Positions 15,675 to 29,111 of a stretch of DNA of 64,000 bases are shown here, one piece after another (the first letter of the stretch is position 1; each line of letters starts with the position of its first letter). The notes under the pieces are model-generated. The model did no database searches. It worked only from the letters and a program-made list of their open reading frames with translations, and had not been told where the DNA came from. Both the position numbers and the translations under genes were made by a program. Location: positions 21,142,001-21,206,000 of the forward strand of contig OZ024758.1 of assembly GCA_964016885.1 (NCBI GenBank). Reading direction: 5' to 3'. The stretch comes from Eledone cirrhosa (lineage: Eukaryota).

Positions 15675-15915
15675 TGGTGGCTGACTGGGAGATAGAAGCT
15701 CTTTAAAGAGAAACGTGGCATGGAATGGTGAATGATGGGGTCCATAATTTTTAGTATAGATGCATAGAGCAGGTGGAGATAATACGGGATGTGCGTAAGC
15801 CATGCCCTGGTGTATCTCTCGAAACAATCGGTGACTCCATTGAATTGAAGTGCCATGAGTGTGGAAAAATTTGTATGAGCAAATATAGTCTCACGGGCCT
15901 CGGTCGCAGCCATTG
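15675..15915 (+). mobile_element. Decayed RTE-like LINE 3' end
   Basis: DWEIEAL*RETW (W..A.DR..W motif) then KCHECGKICMSKYSL, a terminal zinc-finger-like motif, with stops and frameshifts. Confidence 0.5.
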
Positions 15916-16767
15916 AACTATGATCTCTACCATTGAACTATGATCTATACGCTATTGTGAAGGTTCACAGACAACCTGATGCAAGAACGGAGGCCTGTGA
16001 GATCCATAGTTGACGTCAATGTGCGAAGAAGTGCAAGTCTCTAGCAAGCTTGAAAAGTCATATCCGAGAGTCGCACATATGAATCTGAGAAGCGATTGTA
16101 AAACTCTTAGCAGAGTTTTCAACCAACATGTATAAATGCATGTATATATGTATTTATGTTTATATGTATGTAAGTATGTCTGTATGTAGGCATGAAGGAT
16201 TTTTGGAAGAATAAAAATATTTCGAGAACGTGCATATGAATATACAATGAATCTGGTCAAATCTACGAGGAAATGCTTTATCTTCTACTAATGAAGAAGC
16301 CAGACTTAAATTATCTTCAAAATCATAAATATTTCAAAACTTCTTAATACATTTCTTGCATGTTTAAATATCATCATGTAATATTCTCTCAGCATACCAA
16401 CCATATTTATTGGATGTTAGTAATAGCATATAGCTACTAGTTTGGGTCTTGTCTGTTTGTTGGTCCACTTGTTGTTTAAATCCTGCTTTTAATTATAGTT
16501 TTATGTTATATAAAAATATAAAAACGGGATCTTAAGCCAGTGGTTAAATGTCAAGAGAAGTTGCCTCAGTGTGAGTGTGTGTCCGTGAAACACATATACA
16601 TATATATATATATATATACATATAATGTAGGAGGTGAGTTTTATTGTAGTACAATAAAGCAATGCAGATATCGGATAAGAAGCACTCTACAGTTTGTGGG
16701 ACTGGAGTATGCATAATATAAGATCAAAAGATGGTTAAAGGAGTTCCATATATTTTATTATGCGCAT

Positions 16768-17037
16768 TTCAAATACAAACTTAAAAGAACTAACACTGCT
16801 CTCTCAGAACTCATATGGTCCTTAAAAGACAAAAACATTAAATATACCATCTTTTGGAATAAGATTTCTTCTGCATCCTCATACTTGAACAGCTCTCTAT
16901 CTAAAATCTGTAATCTCTGCCTAAATGAAAAATTTACCATTATTTCTAACCTAGATTCTATAATAAATAGACGCTCAGATTTGTTTTCTATCTGCCTGCA
17001 TAAATTCCATAGAACTTTTCACAAAGTATACAGTTAA
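16768..17037 (+). pseudogene. C-terminal part of a PLE GIY-YIG endonuclease (no start codon, so absent from the ORF track)
   Basis: Hand translation FKYKLKRTNTALSELIWSLKDKNIKYTIFWNKISSASSYLNSSLSKICNLCLNEKFTIISNLDSIINRRSDLFSICLHKFHRTFHKVYS*, matching the PLE pattern T.LS..IW.LK..W..CNLCL.EK..N.R.(E/D)L..C.H. Confidence 0.8.
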
Positions 17038-18048
17038 TATTCAATTCTTTATCAATTTAGAATCTTTTCTCAAAGGCACATATACATACACCTCTTTAAA
17101 ATATACCCATCTACCTTACTTTAAAGGGCACTATACACTCTATAATACTCGTTTACTCATTACCCTCATTCTATCTTCTCGTAAAATCATAGCATTTGTT
17201 TTTGTCACTTGAATATTCATCCGCAATCATTATTATTTTTTCTCTCTATCATAAATCTTTTTAATCTCAATTTCATCCTTAATTTATTATTATTATTTTT
17301 TTTTTTTTTTTTTTTTTTTCTCCCCATCAACGAACTCATTATTAATACATATTAACTCTTTATTCGCACATATCATATACAAACTTTAACTTCACATTAT
17401 TTTGCTCAAATCCTTCTACACACAAACCTTAACAATTTTTCTCTTCGCTAATTTTGAAATTGCCACAATACATACATTTCTTCTTTTGACGTTAGAATAT
17501 TCACCCACAATTATTTTTTTTTTCTCTCTATCTTCATACATAATTTCCCTTCGTTAATTTTCAAATTCCTTTAATTTATACATTATCTTCCAACGGTTCC
17601 CAACCTCTCTATATTAAAACAATATATCTTTTTCTCAGTTATAAAAACTATCTCTTTCTCTCTATCACCCATCTCTCCCTCTCCACCTTCACTCTCACCC
17701 CCCCCCCCTTTTGTTCATCCTTTCCACCACCCCCCTCCCTAAATAAAATATTTTTCCTCGCACATATCCTCCCTTCGTTAATTTTCAAAATTTTTAATTT
17801 ATACAGTATCTTCCAACGGTTTTCAACCTCTCTATGTAAAAAATATATCTCCTCTCAGTTATAAAAACTATCTCTTTCTCTCTATCACCCATCTCTCCCT
17901 CTCATCTCCTCCCCTTTCATCCTTCCCCCCCCTCTCTAAATAAAATATTTTTCCCAATATCACACATCAATCTAAAACCATTTTTCATATGTTGATTTAA
18001 AACTGCACTATCCACAAGTGTTTTTTAGCCTTCATATCATGTTCTCCT

Positions 18049-18117
18049 GTTTTATCTGATGAAAACACAAATATTATTGCTTGATGATGTTTGTTTTTGA
18101 AATGCGCATAATAAAAT
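18049..18117 (+). ncRNA. Minimal type-I hammerhead ribozyme (family A, second copy)
   Basis: CTGATGA 18056-18062, GAAA 18099-18102, tgcgca, TA 18109-18110, helix I gttttat/ataaaat. Confidence 0.8.
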
Positions 18118-18148
18118 ATATGGAACTCCTTTAACCATCTTTTGATCT

Positions 18149-18200
<52 letters not shown>

Positions 18201-18206
<6 letters not shown>

Positions 18207-18374
18207 AATAATGATGAATAACATGGTCGGCTGTACAACAAGGGGCTTTATTTTAAGTATTAACAATTCTTTCATTCATCAGGTCGCGTCACTCGACCTA
18301 AAATACAGTGTTTACCTCTGATCAAATCCTCAGAATACTGTACAGCCGACATGTTATTCTTCATTCTTTCACTA
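18201..18374. repeat. Fold-back inverted repeat next to (TA)n
   Basis: tagtgaaataatgatgaataacatggtcggctgtaca / tgtacagccgacatgttattcttcattctttcacta. Confidence 0.75.
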
Positions 18375-18533
18375 TTATTACTCCAAGTATAACCTGCATA
18401 GGAATTCTCGCGAACTCGCTACCCAGCTATGGAAACATCTTTTTTAGTCAAAGAAAACCGTGCGTTAAAACTATCCACAATACAAAGTACTCACAACCTG
18501 TAACTCGATTACCTATAACGATAAAATGTTATC

Positions 18534-18606
<73 letters not shown>

Positions 18607-18657
18607 ATATATACCATATATTAATAAATGGAAACTATATTTATAAAACCATATTTA

Positions 18658-18718
18658 TTTCATTTTACATATTTCAAGGACATCAAGTTAAATTATAGTG
18701 TGCTTTCATCAGATAAAA
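18658..18718 (-). ncRNA. HHR (family E): intact core, mutated cleavage dinucleotide
   Basis: Minus strand: ttttat-CTGATGA-aagcacac..tgtcctt-GAAA-tatgta-AA-atgaaa; lies in repeat 18620-18792, which matches 9862-10033. Confidence 0.6.
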
Positions 18719-18792
18719 TATAATATAGAGCAGTTTTATAAATAAATATTGACATACCCTTAAAGAATCCGACCATTTCTGTTGGAAGCTCC

Positions 18793-18823
<31 letters not shown>

Positions 18824-18897
18824 TAAAATATAGAGAAAAATACTGCAGGTAGCACATGGATAACATGTAATAAAATAAGTCCCTCATCAGTGATTTG

Positions 18898-18948
18898 CCG
18901 AAGATCATAGATATTTCATTGCATTAAAAATCATATATCTCACGTCGG
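18898..18948 (-). ncRNA. Candidate variant HHR lacking N7 (family G)
   Basis: Minus strand: ccgac-GTGAGA-..-GAAATatctatgaTC-ttcgg; paralog at 56390-56440. Confidence 0.35.
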
Positions 18949-19380
18949 TGCAATAATAACCAAAATAAGTTATTAGGACAATTAAAACGCGTAAAGCGAG
19001 TGAGACAGGAGAACAACAAAAAGTATAGCTAACCGTAGGGGACAGAAACAAGCTTCAAAAATTATTCTGTTTAGCATAAGCTAGGTGAATATATGAGCGC
19101 TTAGAGAATAGATCCTACACGAGCGAGGGCTATGAGCAGAGAGAGAAAAATAGCGTTCATGGTGTGCAGGATGAAATGAAGAGAAGAGAGAGAAAAACAG
19201 TGAGTGAGTGAAAGTGTAAGGAAGAGTTAACGGACAGGACAGAGGGGGAGAAACAGAGAGAATGGGGGAACAGTAAGAGAGAGAAAAAAAACACAGAATC
19301 GCAGTGGTAAATATATGTATTAAAATATAGAGAAAAATACTGCAGGTAGCACATGGATAACATGTAATAAAATAAGTATA

Positions 19381-19552
19381 TATAGGAACCTGTAAGACCC
19401 CGACGGCTAATTCTGGAGTCGAGAATTAGCCCTCTAAACGGCTTGAGCTCAGCCGTCGGGGTCTTAATGGTTCCTATTACCCACTCTACTACCCTAAGTA
19501 TTGAGTACTTTAGTGCGTTATGGTCCACTGGTTCCATACCACATTTCCTTCG

Positions 19553-19556
<4 letters not shown>
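19381..19556 (+). mobile_element. Fold-back plus tail of repeat family F, carrying an HHR 3' half
   Basis: ataggaacc..aagaccccgacggct / agccgtcggggtctt..ggttcctat; AAAcggct..agccgTC; tail also at 28385-28460(-), 33985-34100(-), 46808-46878(-), 47870-47955(+), each next to (TA)n. Confidence 0.65.
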
Positions 19557-19619
<63 letters not shown>

Positions 19620-20589
19620 AGGTCCGAACACAAAGGAAACACACTCCCACTGTCACTGCCTTCGTCCTTCCCGCTCTCCCTATCTCTCACTATTGTGACC
19701 AAATGATGGATTACAGACCCGGCGGACAGAAATGAGATGGCGTTTCCCGAGAGTATGGTGTAGGAGGACTGGCTGTAAGAACCATTGCAGGGTCACACCT
19801 CTCAATGTTTGTCTCTGTCTGTTAACTACTCTCAATATCGATTAAAACATTCAAGAGAAAATAGAAAATCAAAATCACAAGATATTTCAATAGTCTTCTC
19901 ACGACATGTGCATCGTATCATATCTGCCACAGATGTGACGTTGTCATTAAACCACCCGCCATAGTATTCCATTTCAATCTACTACAACCGTACCATTCAT
20001 ATGCAAAAGTAGATACGCTTTGGTATATGTGGAATTACTAGACTACGCTTGTCTTGGTGTAGTGTTAGTGTTGCACACAACATAAACATGATTAATTCCT
20101 TTGTCACCGTCTGTTTGTTTGTTTTTGTTGTTTGTTTGTTTGGTGTTTGTCGTAGAATGAATGTTATAATAATATATTATAGCGTTCCAGGTAAGAAGAT
20201 TTAGATGTGGAACTTTTGTAGAACAATAGTTTCAACCTCTAAACCCAGTAAATTAACAGTGGCCAAACACAATATTTCAGCTGCATTCTTTTAAATTATA
20301 TATTTAGACCGGAAGCGATCCATTAGAAATCGCAGACATTGCCTGGTATCCCATAGAGAAACCATCCAAATATGTTGCACATTTAAACAGTAATTTGCAA
20401 ATAGGCAAGTCACACTTATTCATTTCCTTCTGAAGTATAATACAATATATGCCAAAGTAAAATACTTTAATGAATTAGATCAAAATCAGTACACAGACCT
20501 GCCAGCCTCTAATACCCTAAGAGGAGTACCATGAAAAAAGGTACACCAACACGGAGAGAAATGAGGCAAAGTGGAGAGAATATACATAA

Positions 20590-20800
20590 TTTTTTCTGCT
20601 TTAGGCACAAGGCCAACAATTTGAAGGTGAAGGGAAATTCGATTAAATCGACCTCAGTGTATTACTGGCGCTTTATCCTATCGACCCCGTAAGGATAAAA
20701 GCCAAAGCCAACCTCGGCGGGATTTCATCTCAGATCATAAAGAGGCGTAACACTATGCATAGTGTCCGACCCTCAACCGATACTGCCAATCCACCGCCCT
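20590..20800 (-). mobile_element. Diverged SINE
   Basis: Reverse complement of SINE consensus. Confidence 0.8.
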
Positions 20801-21014
20801 TGGGGAGAGTATACACAATGAAAGCTATATCCATTCTCACGAGAGTAGATATCTCTCAGCCACCCAAACTGTGTGGGAGATCTCCCTATCGCACAGACAG
20901 GGTTGACTGGTCTGAGTAGTTGAATGGTACTTTTGTTTTCAACGCAGAGATCTGAAAAGCTTAGAAAACATTGATGAAATTTGAACACAAGTTGTAGCAG
21001 GATATGATTATATA

Positions 21015-21200
21015 TTTGTTTCTACTTTATGCACAAGGCCAGCAAATATCCAGTTCATTACTGGTACTATATTTTATCGACCCCGTAAGGATGAAAGGCA
21101 AAGTCAACCTCGGCGGGATTTGAACTCAGATCGTAAAGGGACGTAACTATGCTGGAAAGCATGGGGCCCGACCCTCTACCGATACTGCCAATCCACCGCA
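21015..21200 (-). mobile_element. tRNA-derived SINE
   Basis: Reverse complement of SINE consensus. Confidence 0.9.
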
Positions 21201-22399
21201 TTGCATTGCTGTGTGTACATAACAAGAATACTGTCTACCATTCCACCACACGAGTCACTATTTATTGTAATGTAGGTTTTGTCGCTAACTATTAAGTAGG
21301 TTAGCAGTGGGTGGTGGGTAGTGTCGGTTCTACATCTAATATTGTGGTAGCCATCAATATACACATATGTGTATAAATCCATTCCCGACCGACATATTTT
21401 ACCGATTGACGTTTCCAAAATTAGCTAAATCACATTTAGTCTTTCGAAGAATGGCAACATCATTAAGGGAACAAATAGCTAAAACTGAATAATCAATCTT
21501 TGTCTGGCATCACCTTTAACGAGACATCCGTATTATTGAAATTCGACTGCTTCTCCAATTCATGTTCATTTATTGTTGTCCAATTTGTTTCTTGCTATGT
21601 GAAGTTACTAATTTCTCGTCGTATAATTCGTTCCAATCTAATTGAAGCATAGTGATATTTTGGTTTGTCCTGCGTCCTGTGTTTAGTTCATATATGATTC
21701 TACTATTCTACTGCTACTCATTCATATTACTGTTGATGTTACTCATTCATATTGTTGCCGAATTACTACTGGTATGCATGCTGTGTAACTTGATTTTCAA
21801 AGAAATATATTGCAGCTCGTAATTGCAGCTAGCTACTGTTTAACATATTAGATTTCATCATCACCCTCATAGATAGCATCTCGTAACTTATTTCCTATTT
21901 GTTATTGTCGTCAGAATATGTTTAAAATTAAAGTGTGGTTGAAAATGTAGGTGTTTGGAATATATTGTATGTTCTTTTCTTTACATGATTTCGGATATTT
22001 ACACCGCTTCATATATGTCATAGCAGCTGGAGGGGAACCATATATACATGACCCGTTGTTTGCCTAATTTTGGTTTGGTATATAATGAGGAATATCGTTG
22101 AGAATGGAGCAGTCCTCAACACATTCACTGGTCTACCAACATCGAGGAGTTCGATGCCAATGATGCTTAAAGTATTGTAGATCAATTGCAGAGAAATGCA
22201 TGACAAATCGTTACCGAATGCGTGTGGTCTGGAGACAAAAAGGTATGTGCTGTGAAAGTGTGGGTAAAATGGAAAATATGAGTGCTCGACAGAGGAGAGA
22301 GAAAGTCGTCACATTTGCCTGAGTTTGGATGAACCAAGTCAGCTCTGAGAATTCGTTTTCAGTAGAAAATAGGCATGGCAGAGATACGATAAAAAAGTA

Positions 22400-23300
22400 T
22401 GTGAGCCAGGGAACGAGTGTACGTTTGAATTAAAGAAACAAAGAAAGTGTAAAATAAATCGATTGAAGAGTTTAGCCTCTGACTCTGGTCTACATTGCCT
22501 AATGGCAAAAGATGCAAAATTTACATGGCTCGTTACTTTGGAGAGATGGTACGTACTTTTACACTTAAAAGATGATGAGCCTGTTGGACTGGAAAATGTG
22601 TGATATAGAGGAGATTTCCCATGTGTATTCCGTATGGAAGTTAATGTAAATTGATCATTGGGACCGGAAAATTAGGTAATAAAGAATCCGAAAGTTTGTC
22701 GGTAGATATTCTGGCAAGAAATCCGAGAATCATTTGTAATTTGAAAGAGTAGTGGACTTGAGAGCTGTACTATATAGGATCTCGTCATTTGCTGTTGCAA
22801 ACATCACTATGTTTGTTAAACGCCACCGAAAAGTTAGGGATGAATGAATATTTCGAGATATTGTGAATCTTCTTTCAATGTGGAATACTTTGATTACTTA
22901 CATATTGGGGTACGCTATAATATGAACCGCAACAGGTGTATGTGTAGCTTTCGTTTTTGATAACAGTCATTTATAATTCCGAAGGATAGCGCTAAGAAGA
23001 GAGTAGTGCAGTCGGAGTATGAGAATTGTTTGTAAAGTTTTAGTCAATCGGAGGGCTTGAGTTTTATGTCATGTTAGTAAGAGAAAATTTATAGCAGTGG
23101 AGCATTGCACTTTTTTCTTTTTTATTTTTTTGTTAGTTTCGCTACAACTGAAAATATATATTCAGAATTTGAAAATAAAAATGGTCGGGTTCGTTATAGA
23201 ACATTGGGTTGCTACGCGGAACATACCTTATGACGAGGTATACACTACATAAAGAAGATTAGCATATGTGGTGTGAAATGCAGTTTATATATGGGAATAA
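22400..23300 (-). mobile_element. Possible very decayed CR1/L2-like reverse transcriptase remnant
   Basis: Weak minus-strand traces in the expected order: SGIP-like ~23235, SYSDCT (YADD-like) ~23005-23025, EYTW ~22620. Confidence 0.25.
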
Positions 23301-24569
23301 AATATGTAGCTTTGTCTCTGATTGTCTAAATTGTAATGGCGTATTTTGGGTAAATAATGTCTATATCGGATAGATTATATATGTGTTCAACATTAAGAAT
23401 TCATGTTGTATTTCCTCTTCATTTACAGATATTAAATTATGATAACAATCTACAACACAATTATACTATCTCCAGGAAATGAAATTTCCATAAGTTGTGA
23501 AGCGATTACATCAAATTACTAAAGTTAAAAAATGTAATTTCAATATATTTAGCCCGAAACAATTAGACTTATCACTCTCCATCCAATTCGAAGGAATTGT
23601 TCCCGTAGATTATTTGCTTTAATAAACGAAATCGATTATTATGCAATAAAACAGACAGAGAGGTCAGGAAACAAAATTACAACGTGAGTGACTAGAATAA
23701 ATTGCTCACACATAGGCAGACGGCGATTATAAACATAAGCATTAAACTTAGCTATATTAAAATTATAATCTAGAAAGTAATATTTCTATATAATATTCGT
23801 CGCAAGAACTTTTGGAATTAAAAGTCAAAATAATCAATAACATTTTTAGATTTAATTAAAAGTAAGATGATTTTTAATATAATTCAAGATAATTTTACCT
23901 CAGAATTATTTTTAATGCTTCAATGCAATAGAGAAGACGGAGTTACTCTCGCCATATTTATGAAAACGCAATAATAGAGAACTGAGAATGTTGATACGGT
24001 TTTGGTTATAATTTCTAACAGGAAAACGCATTCAGCTGTAAATGCAGTTATTCCCAAAACACGTGATTACAAATATCGACGTTTGCAAAGTGCATCCCAC
24101 TCGTAAAGAAATGCATTGCAATGAAAAATACATCAATGTTTTGCTCCAGCATGGTCAGAAGAGGAATGCTTAATGTCTGATAATAAACTAAGAAAAAAAA
24201 CAAAATGTGCAACAATGATGTAGGAAAAATTAACTAAATCAATTTACCAGTTTTAATCCAAATGGGAAATGTCTATTTTAGCACTATCAACAAAGGAATA
24301 TTCGATCCGTACAGCGAATAATGATTTTAATCAACGAGAAAGGTAAATCTGGTGAAGCGTATTCAGACTTTCCTTCGGTATTGTCTGAATATGTCTATGT
24401 GTGGATGTGTGTATGTGTATACATGTACTGATATACTATGGTTACGTTTTTAAGTACGTTTGAATTGCTTTATGCATATGCTTATGGATTCCATATGCAG
24501 ATGAATATATGAATATATTGTAGTAACCATTCCTAAAGGTGTATAAACCCATCAATATATTATTATTAG

Positions 24570-24889
24570 TATTGTTCTTCGAGTCTCAGTCATTGATGTT
24601 ATTTACTGGAAGGTTTGTTGAAATGAATATCAAGCCACTACCTGCAGCCTCAGACATTCAGGATGTATCGGAGGATTCTTGTTGTTCCCAACAAACATGC
24701 CTTCTGAAGTGTTCCAAAAAGCGGGGCTGGACTAATCTTCTTTAACCATCCTTGGAAACTCTTTGGGATAGTACCTAGTGCGCCTATGACAATCAGGACG
24801 AGCTTGATTTCACGGCAGTTCCAAATCCTTTTTAACTCCCACTTTAAATCCTGGTATCGGTTAATGTTCTCCCTCTCCTTTTCTTGCAA
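24570..24889 (-). mobile_element. 3' end of R4/Dong-like element
   Basis: RYQDLKWELKRIWNC..IVIGALGTIPKS..LQKACLLGTTRILRYILNV*, short 3'UTR ending in (TAA)n; its first ~40 nt match 11355-11392. Confidence 0.85.
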
Positions 24890-25049
24890 GAATTTTGGAT
24901 GGTATCTCCAGTAAGACGTCTCTCAAAGAATACATTTGAAGATCGAGGATTTTTATTTTTCAATAAGATATTATCCAGTTAATAACACACTAGCTTCTAC
25001 TTAAAATAAGGCCATCGCCGAATTCGCCGTAGGTTATAAAGGATAAATC

Positions 25050-25081
<32 letters not shown>

Positions 25082-25127
25082 TAAAATACAAATATTAATA
25101 AAATAGATGTTCTTTTGATCAATTAAA

Positions 25128-25178
25128 TTTTATTATACATATTTCGGATGAACAACACTACGTTCGCATCAGACAAAA
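25128..25178 (-). ncRNA. Degenerate HHR related to family E
   Basis: Minus strand: ttttgt-CTGATGC-gaac..gttc-atcc-GAAA-tatgta-TA-ataaaa. Confidence 0.5.
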
Positions 25179-25330
25179 TATAATGATACATGACATACCC
25201 TGAGATGTTAAAAGGTTACGATTTTATCAAGATTTAATATTAATAACTCTGGAAAATTATTTTTCGTAGGTGCTTCCAATCTACTGTAAAACTCATTCTT
25301 TGATATACTCATTGAATCTTGTTTAGCTCC

Positions 25331-25371
<41 letters not shown>

Positions 25372-25529
25372 TACACTGCTTCTGCAACTTCGATTTAAAA
25401 CCATTATTAATACACATTCAGAAACAAACAAATATATATATATATATACATTTATATATATATATATTATAAATACAGATTAACGTTTAAGGAAAGAATC
25501 GCTTGTATGTATGTAAATATATATATATA

Positions 25530-25680
25530 TATTAAAATAACAAATTAAAGCAGCGAATCTTTGCTTAAAGTCTGTTATTTTAATGAATATTTGCTCTATG
25601 GTTCTTATATATTTGATATATATTCACCCTTATCTAGCTCTCCATGGATGTTAGTCTTCACATTTATTATTATTACTACA
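25530..25680 (+). mobile_element. Family B tail with HHR 3' half and short 5' inversion
   Basis: AAAgcagcgaatctttgctTAAA..tcttcacatttattattattacta matches 9555-9692; further tails at 33253-33320 and 47668-47740. Confidence 0.65.
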
Positions 25681-26084
25681 TCACAGGAAGATATGTGTAT
25701 GTATATTGCTTCCACCTCCTCACTGACCAGCAGCTGGCGATTGCTAAATCTGACCTTTATAAAATAACCCACACCCCAAATAACTTCTCATTCACTACCA
25801 GAAAGGGACACAGAAGTCAACCTGTTGTTGCTACCAAGATGAAAACTGCTATGAAATCCCACAATGAATTTTATACTTGAATTTTCAAGTCTCAAATTTT
25901 AACTCTTCGTATTATTAATTTTTCTTAATATTAATCAACATTTGAAAAGATGGCTTTTGCAGACCCATCGAAACCGGTCATTTTTTATACCCTTTATTAT
26001 TTCCTTACCTTATAAAATTATGTTTTTTCACAAAAAAGTATTCTGTCTCTTATATATTCCATGTGCCATTACCAACCTCAATTT

Positions 26085-26121
<37 letters not shown>

Positions 26122-26289
26122 TCCCTTTACAATAGGAGATAGAGTGTACCCGAAAATTTTTTATCATCGTTTTTTATTGAGTATTATTCTAGTGGGAACA
26201 CACACACACGCACACGCACACGCACACACACATACACACACACACACACACTCATATATATATATATGCTTCACTGCCGCTGCAATTCC

Positions 26290-26617
26290 GACCCGCCGAG
26301 GTCAACTTTGCCTTTCATCATTACGCGGTCGATAAAATAAAGTACCACTAATGTACTGGGTATTTGCTAGCATTCTGCCAAAAGTCAAAACAATTATTAT
26401 TACTGATATCGATGGTTTGGCATTATCGATAGAGGGTTGGACGCCATGCTTTGACGCATAGAGTTACGGCTCTTTCCATTCTGAGTTCAAATCCCGCCGA
26501 GTTTAACTTTGTCTTTCATACTTACGGGATCGATAAAATAAAGTACCAGCAATGCACTGGGATTTTGCTGACCTTGTACCAAAAGTAGAAACAATTATTA
26601 TTACTTATATATAAATA

Positions 26618-26654
<37 letters not shown>

Positions 26655-26780
26655 CTTTACGGTCTGAGTTCAAATCCCGTCGAGGTTAACTTTGCCTTTC
26701 ATCCTTACGGGGTCGATAAAATAAAGTACCAGTAATGTACTGAGTAATTACCTGCCTTGTGCCAAAACTAGAAACAATTA
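26290..26780 (+). mobile_element. Cluster of three SINE copies (two 5'-truncated)
   Basis: Consensus matches at ~26290-26395, 26410-26595, 26655-26780. Confidence 0.85.
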
Positions 26781-26838
26781 TTATTATTACTTATATATGA
26801 ATTAAATTTACTTATATATAAATACATATAAATATATG

Positions 26839-26878
<40 letters not shown>

Positions 26879-27532
26879 TAAATGGTATCATCGTGTTGTA
26901 TTAAGTATCACTCAATTGTGAATTTATGTATTTGTTTTTTATTTATGTGTGTGGTTTGTGTTTGAGTGCATGCCCGGTTTTATATTAGCAAAGGCACTAA
27001 AGATGAAGACTTATTTAAAGAAGGAAAAAAAATGAATGTATATTTTGTGATAATATCGCCATCTTGGATATGGAAATAACCAGAGGTTATCAAGTACAGG
27101 AATGGTATTAAAACAACTAAAGTGTAAAAATATAAATAAACAATATTGGGTCTCGTAATGATATATTTAAAGAGATTCCAATATAGTTTCTGGTGTTATA
27201 GCTGCAGTTAGTTCTAGCATATCTTATTATTTTTTTGTTTTACTCTTTATAGTATTGTTAAAGCTTTTAATATCGAAGAACCAGATATGCTCTCAGTTAA
27301 AATGTGGCATTTATATATCTGACTTTTGCTATCTATTCTCTCCCCCGCACCCTCGCTCTATCTCTCAGTCGCGCTCTCTAGCTCTCTCACTCTCTCCCTC
27401 TCCTTCTCTCTCACTGTCTCGATGAATATGCATACATATATATATGTGTGTGTGTGTGTGTCTGTATTTATATGTGAATATATATATGTGTATATGTGTA
27501 TATGTATATGTGTATATATATATGTGTATATA

Positions 27533-27585
<53 letters not shown>

Positions 27586-27586
<1 letters not shown>

Positions 27587-28128
27587 AATATATTACACAG
27601 AGCGAAGTGTTTTACACAGTGAGATGTGTGTAAAGAATTATTACAAGTGGGTTTAACCGTTACTGTATGGAGAACAATATCTACAGGTTAGCAATTAAAT
27701 AGAAAAAAAACTAAGTCATAATCACATCTCTGAAGTACAGTTTTAAATTACCAACCTTATAACTATAAACTTGCTGATACGAATCTAGTTCGTTTCGCCA
27801 CAGAATTGTGCAGTTTAACAACCCACAGGTTCCTCAGTCAGCAAGTGTGGATTCTGTTCACGACACATCTAACCTCATGGATAGAGAGAAAACTAATATA
27901 CACGCTGCCCAGCGTAGGGCGAAATCATGTGTTATTTGCATCAAATAACGGCTCTCATGAATTGGGGAAAATGCTAGAGAGTGCAGCCCAACCATTCGAA
28001 TTATTACAAGTGAGTTTAACCGTTACTGTATGGAGAGCAATATCGACAGTAACGGTTAAACTCACTTGTAATAATTATTTACACACATCTCACTGTGTAA
28101 CACACTTTTCTCTGTTTAATATATTTGT
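27586..28128. repeat. Direct plus inverted repeat cassette
   Basis: 27586-27665 is the reverse complement of 28046-28128; 27636-27686 recurs directly at 27999-28047, creating a hairpin at 27999-28077. Confidence 0.8.
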
Positions 28129-28253
28129 ATTTGAGCTCAGAAGAAAATTCTCGATTCTTCCTTGAGCTAATATTATCATTATTACTGTGAACTGCGGAAT
28201 ACTCTTAATTCCGATCCTTGTATACGTATATATATATATATATATATATATAT

Positions 28254-28291
<38 letters not shown>

Positions 28292-29111
28292 ATCCGGAAC
28301 TAGCTGTTGAATCGTTTAATCGGCAAGAGCTCCGCAGTCGGGTCCGGACTCTTTATAATATATATATATATATAAAACAAACAAAGAAGGTATGTTAAGA
28401 TACCAGGTGGACCATAACGCACCAGTGTACTCGATGCTTAGGGTAGTAGAGTGGGTAGAGTGCGTCATCTATTTGTTTTTGTTTTGACTGCATACCCATA
28501 TATGGACTGTACACCTTGATAAGTTCAGCTAAATTACCGCCGTTCTAATGCTCCTAACTTAGTCCATATATATAAATATTTTTCTATATAGAGAGGTAGA
28601 GAGAGAGAGAGAGAGAGGTATGGGGAGAAAGAGTGAGAGAGAGAGAGAGAGACGAAGGAGAAAGTGAAGCGGAGAAAGTGAGGAATATTTACGAATCACA
28701 GAATTTCGTGAATAATAGCTGGATAGACAAATAATATAAATTATATATTTATATACGTGCGCAGATAATAACTATATCATTATTTAGGGTAATATATAGA
28801 TAATTTCGTGTGCAGATAGATATAGTAAATTACCAAATAACCTCGTTCTCATACAATATATACCCACATATAGTCCCTGTTTGTCTAAATAGATATATTA
28901 TTAAAATATATATATTCGTCAAACTTCTGGAATGAGGGGTGTCACATCCCTCATATTGCTTAAGTTGGAATGGAATAGTGATTATCTTCAAGAGAATCAC
29001 TTTGGGGAATATTATGCCAATCTGAATGATTATTGTAATAACAAATATTTCTTACACATGGTGTTTACAGTATTTGACGTCATTATGGCAAGCATTAAAT
29101 GTATATAATTG

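Larger units (their letters stand above)
16625..18150 (+). mobile_element. 5'-truncated Penelope-like element (family A) with inverted 5' copy of its tail
   Basis: Inverted tail 16625-16780; GIY-YIG end 16768-17037; pyrimidine-rich 3'UTR with internal ~225-bp duplication; HHR 18049-18117; (TA)n on both sides. Confidence 0.85.
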
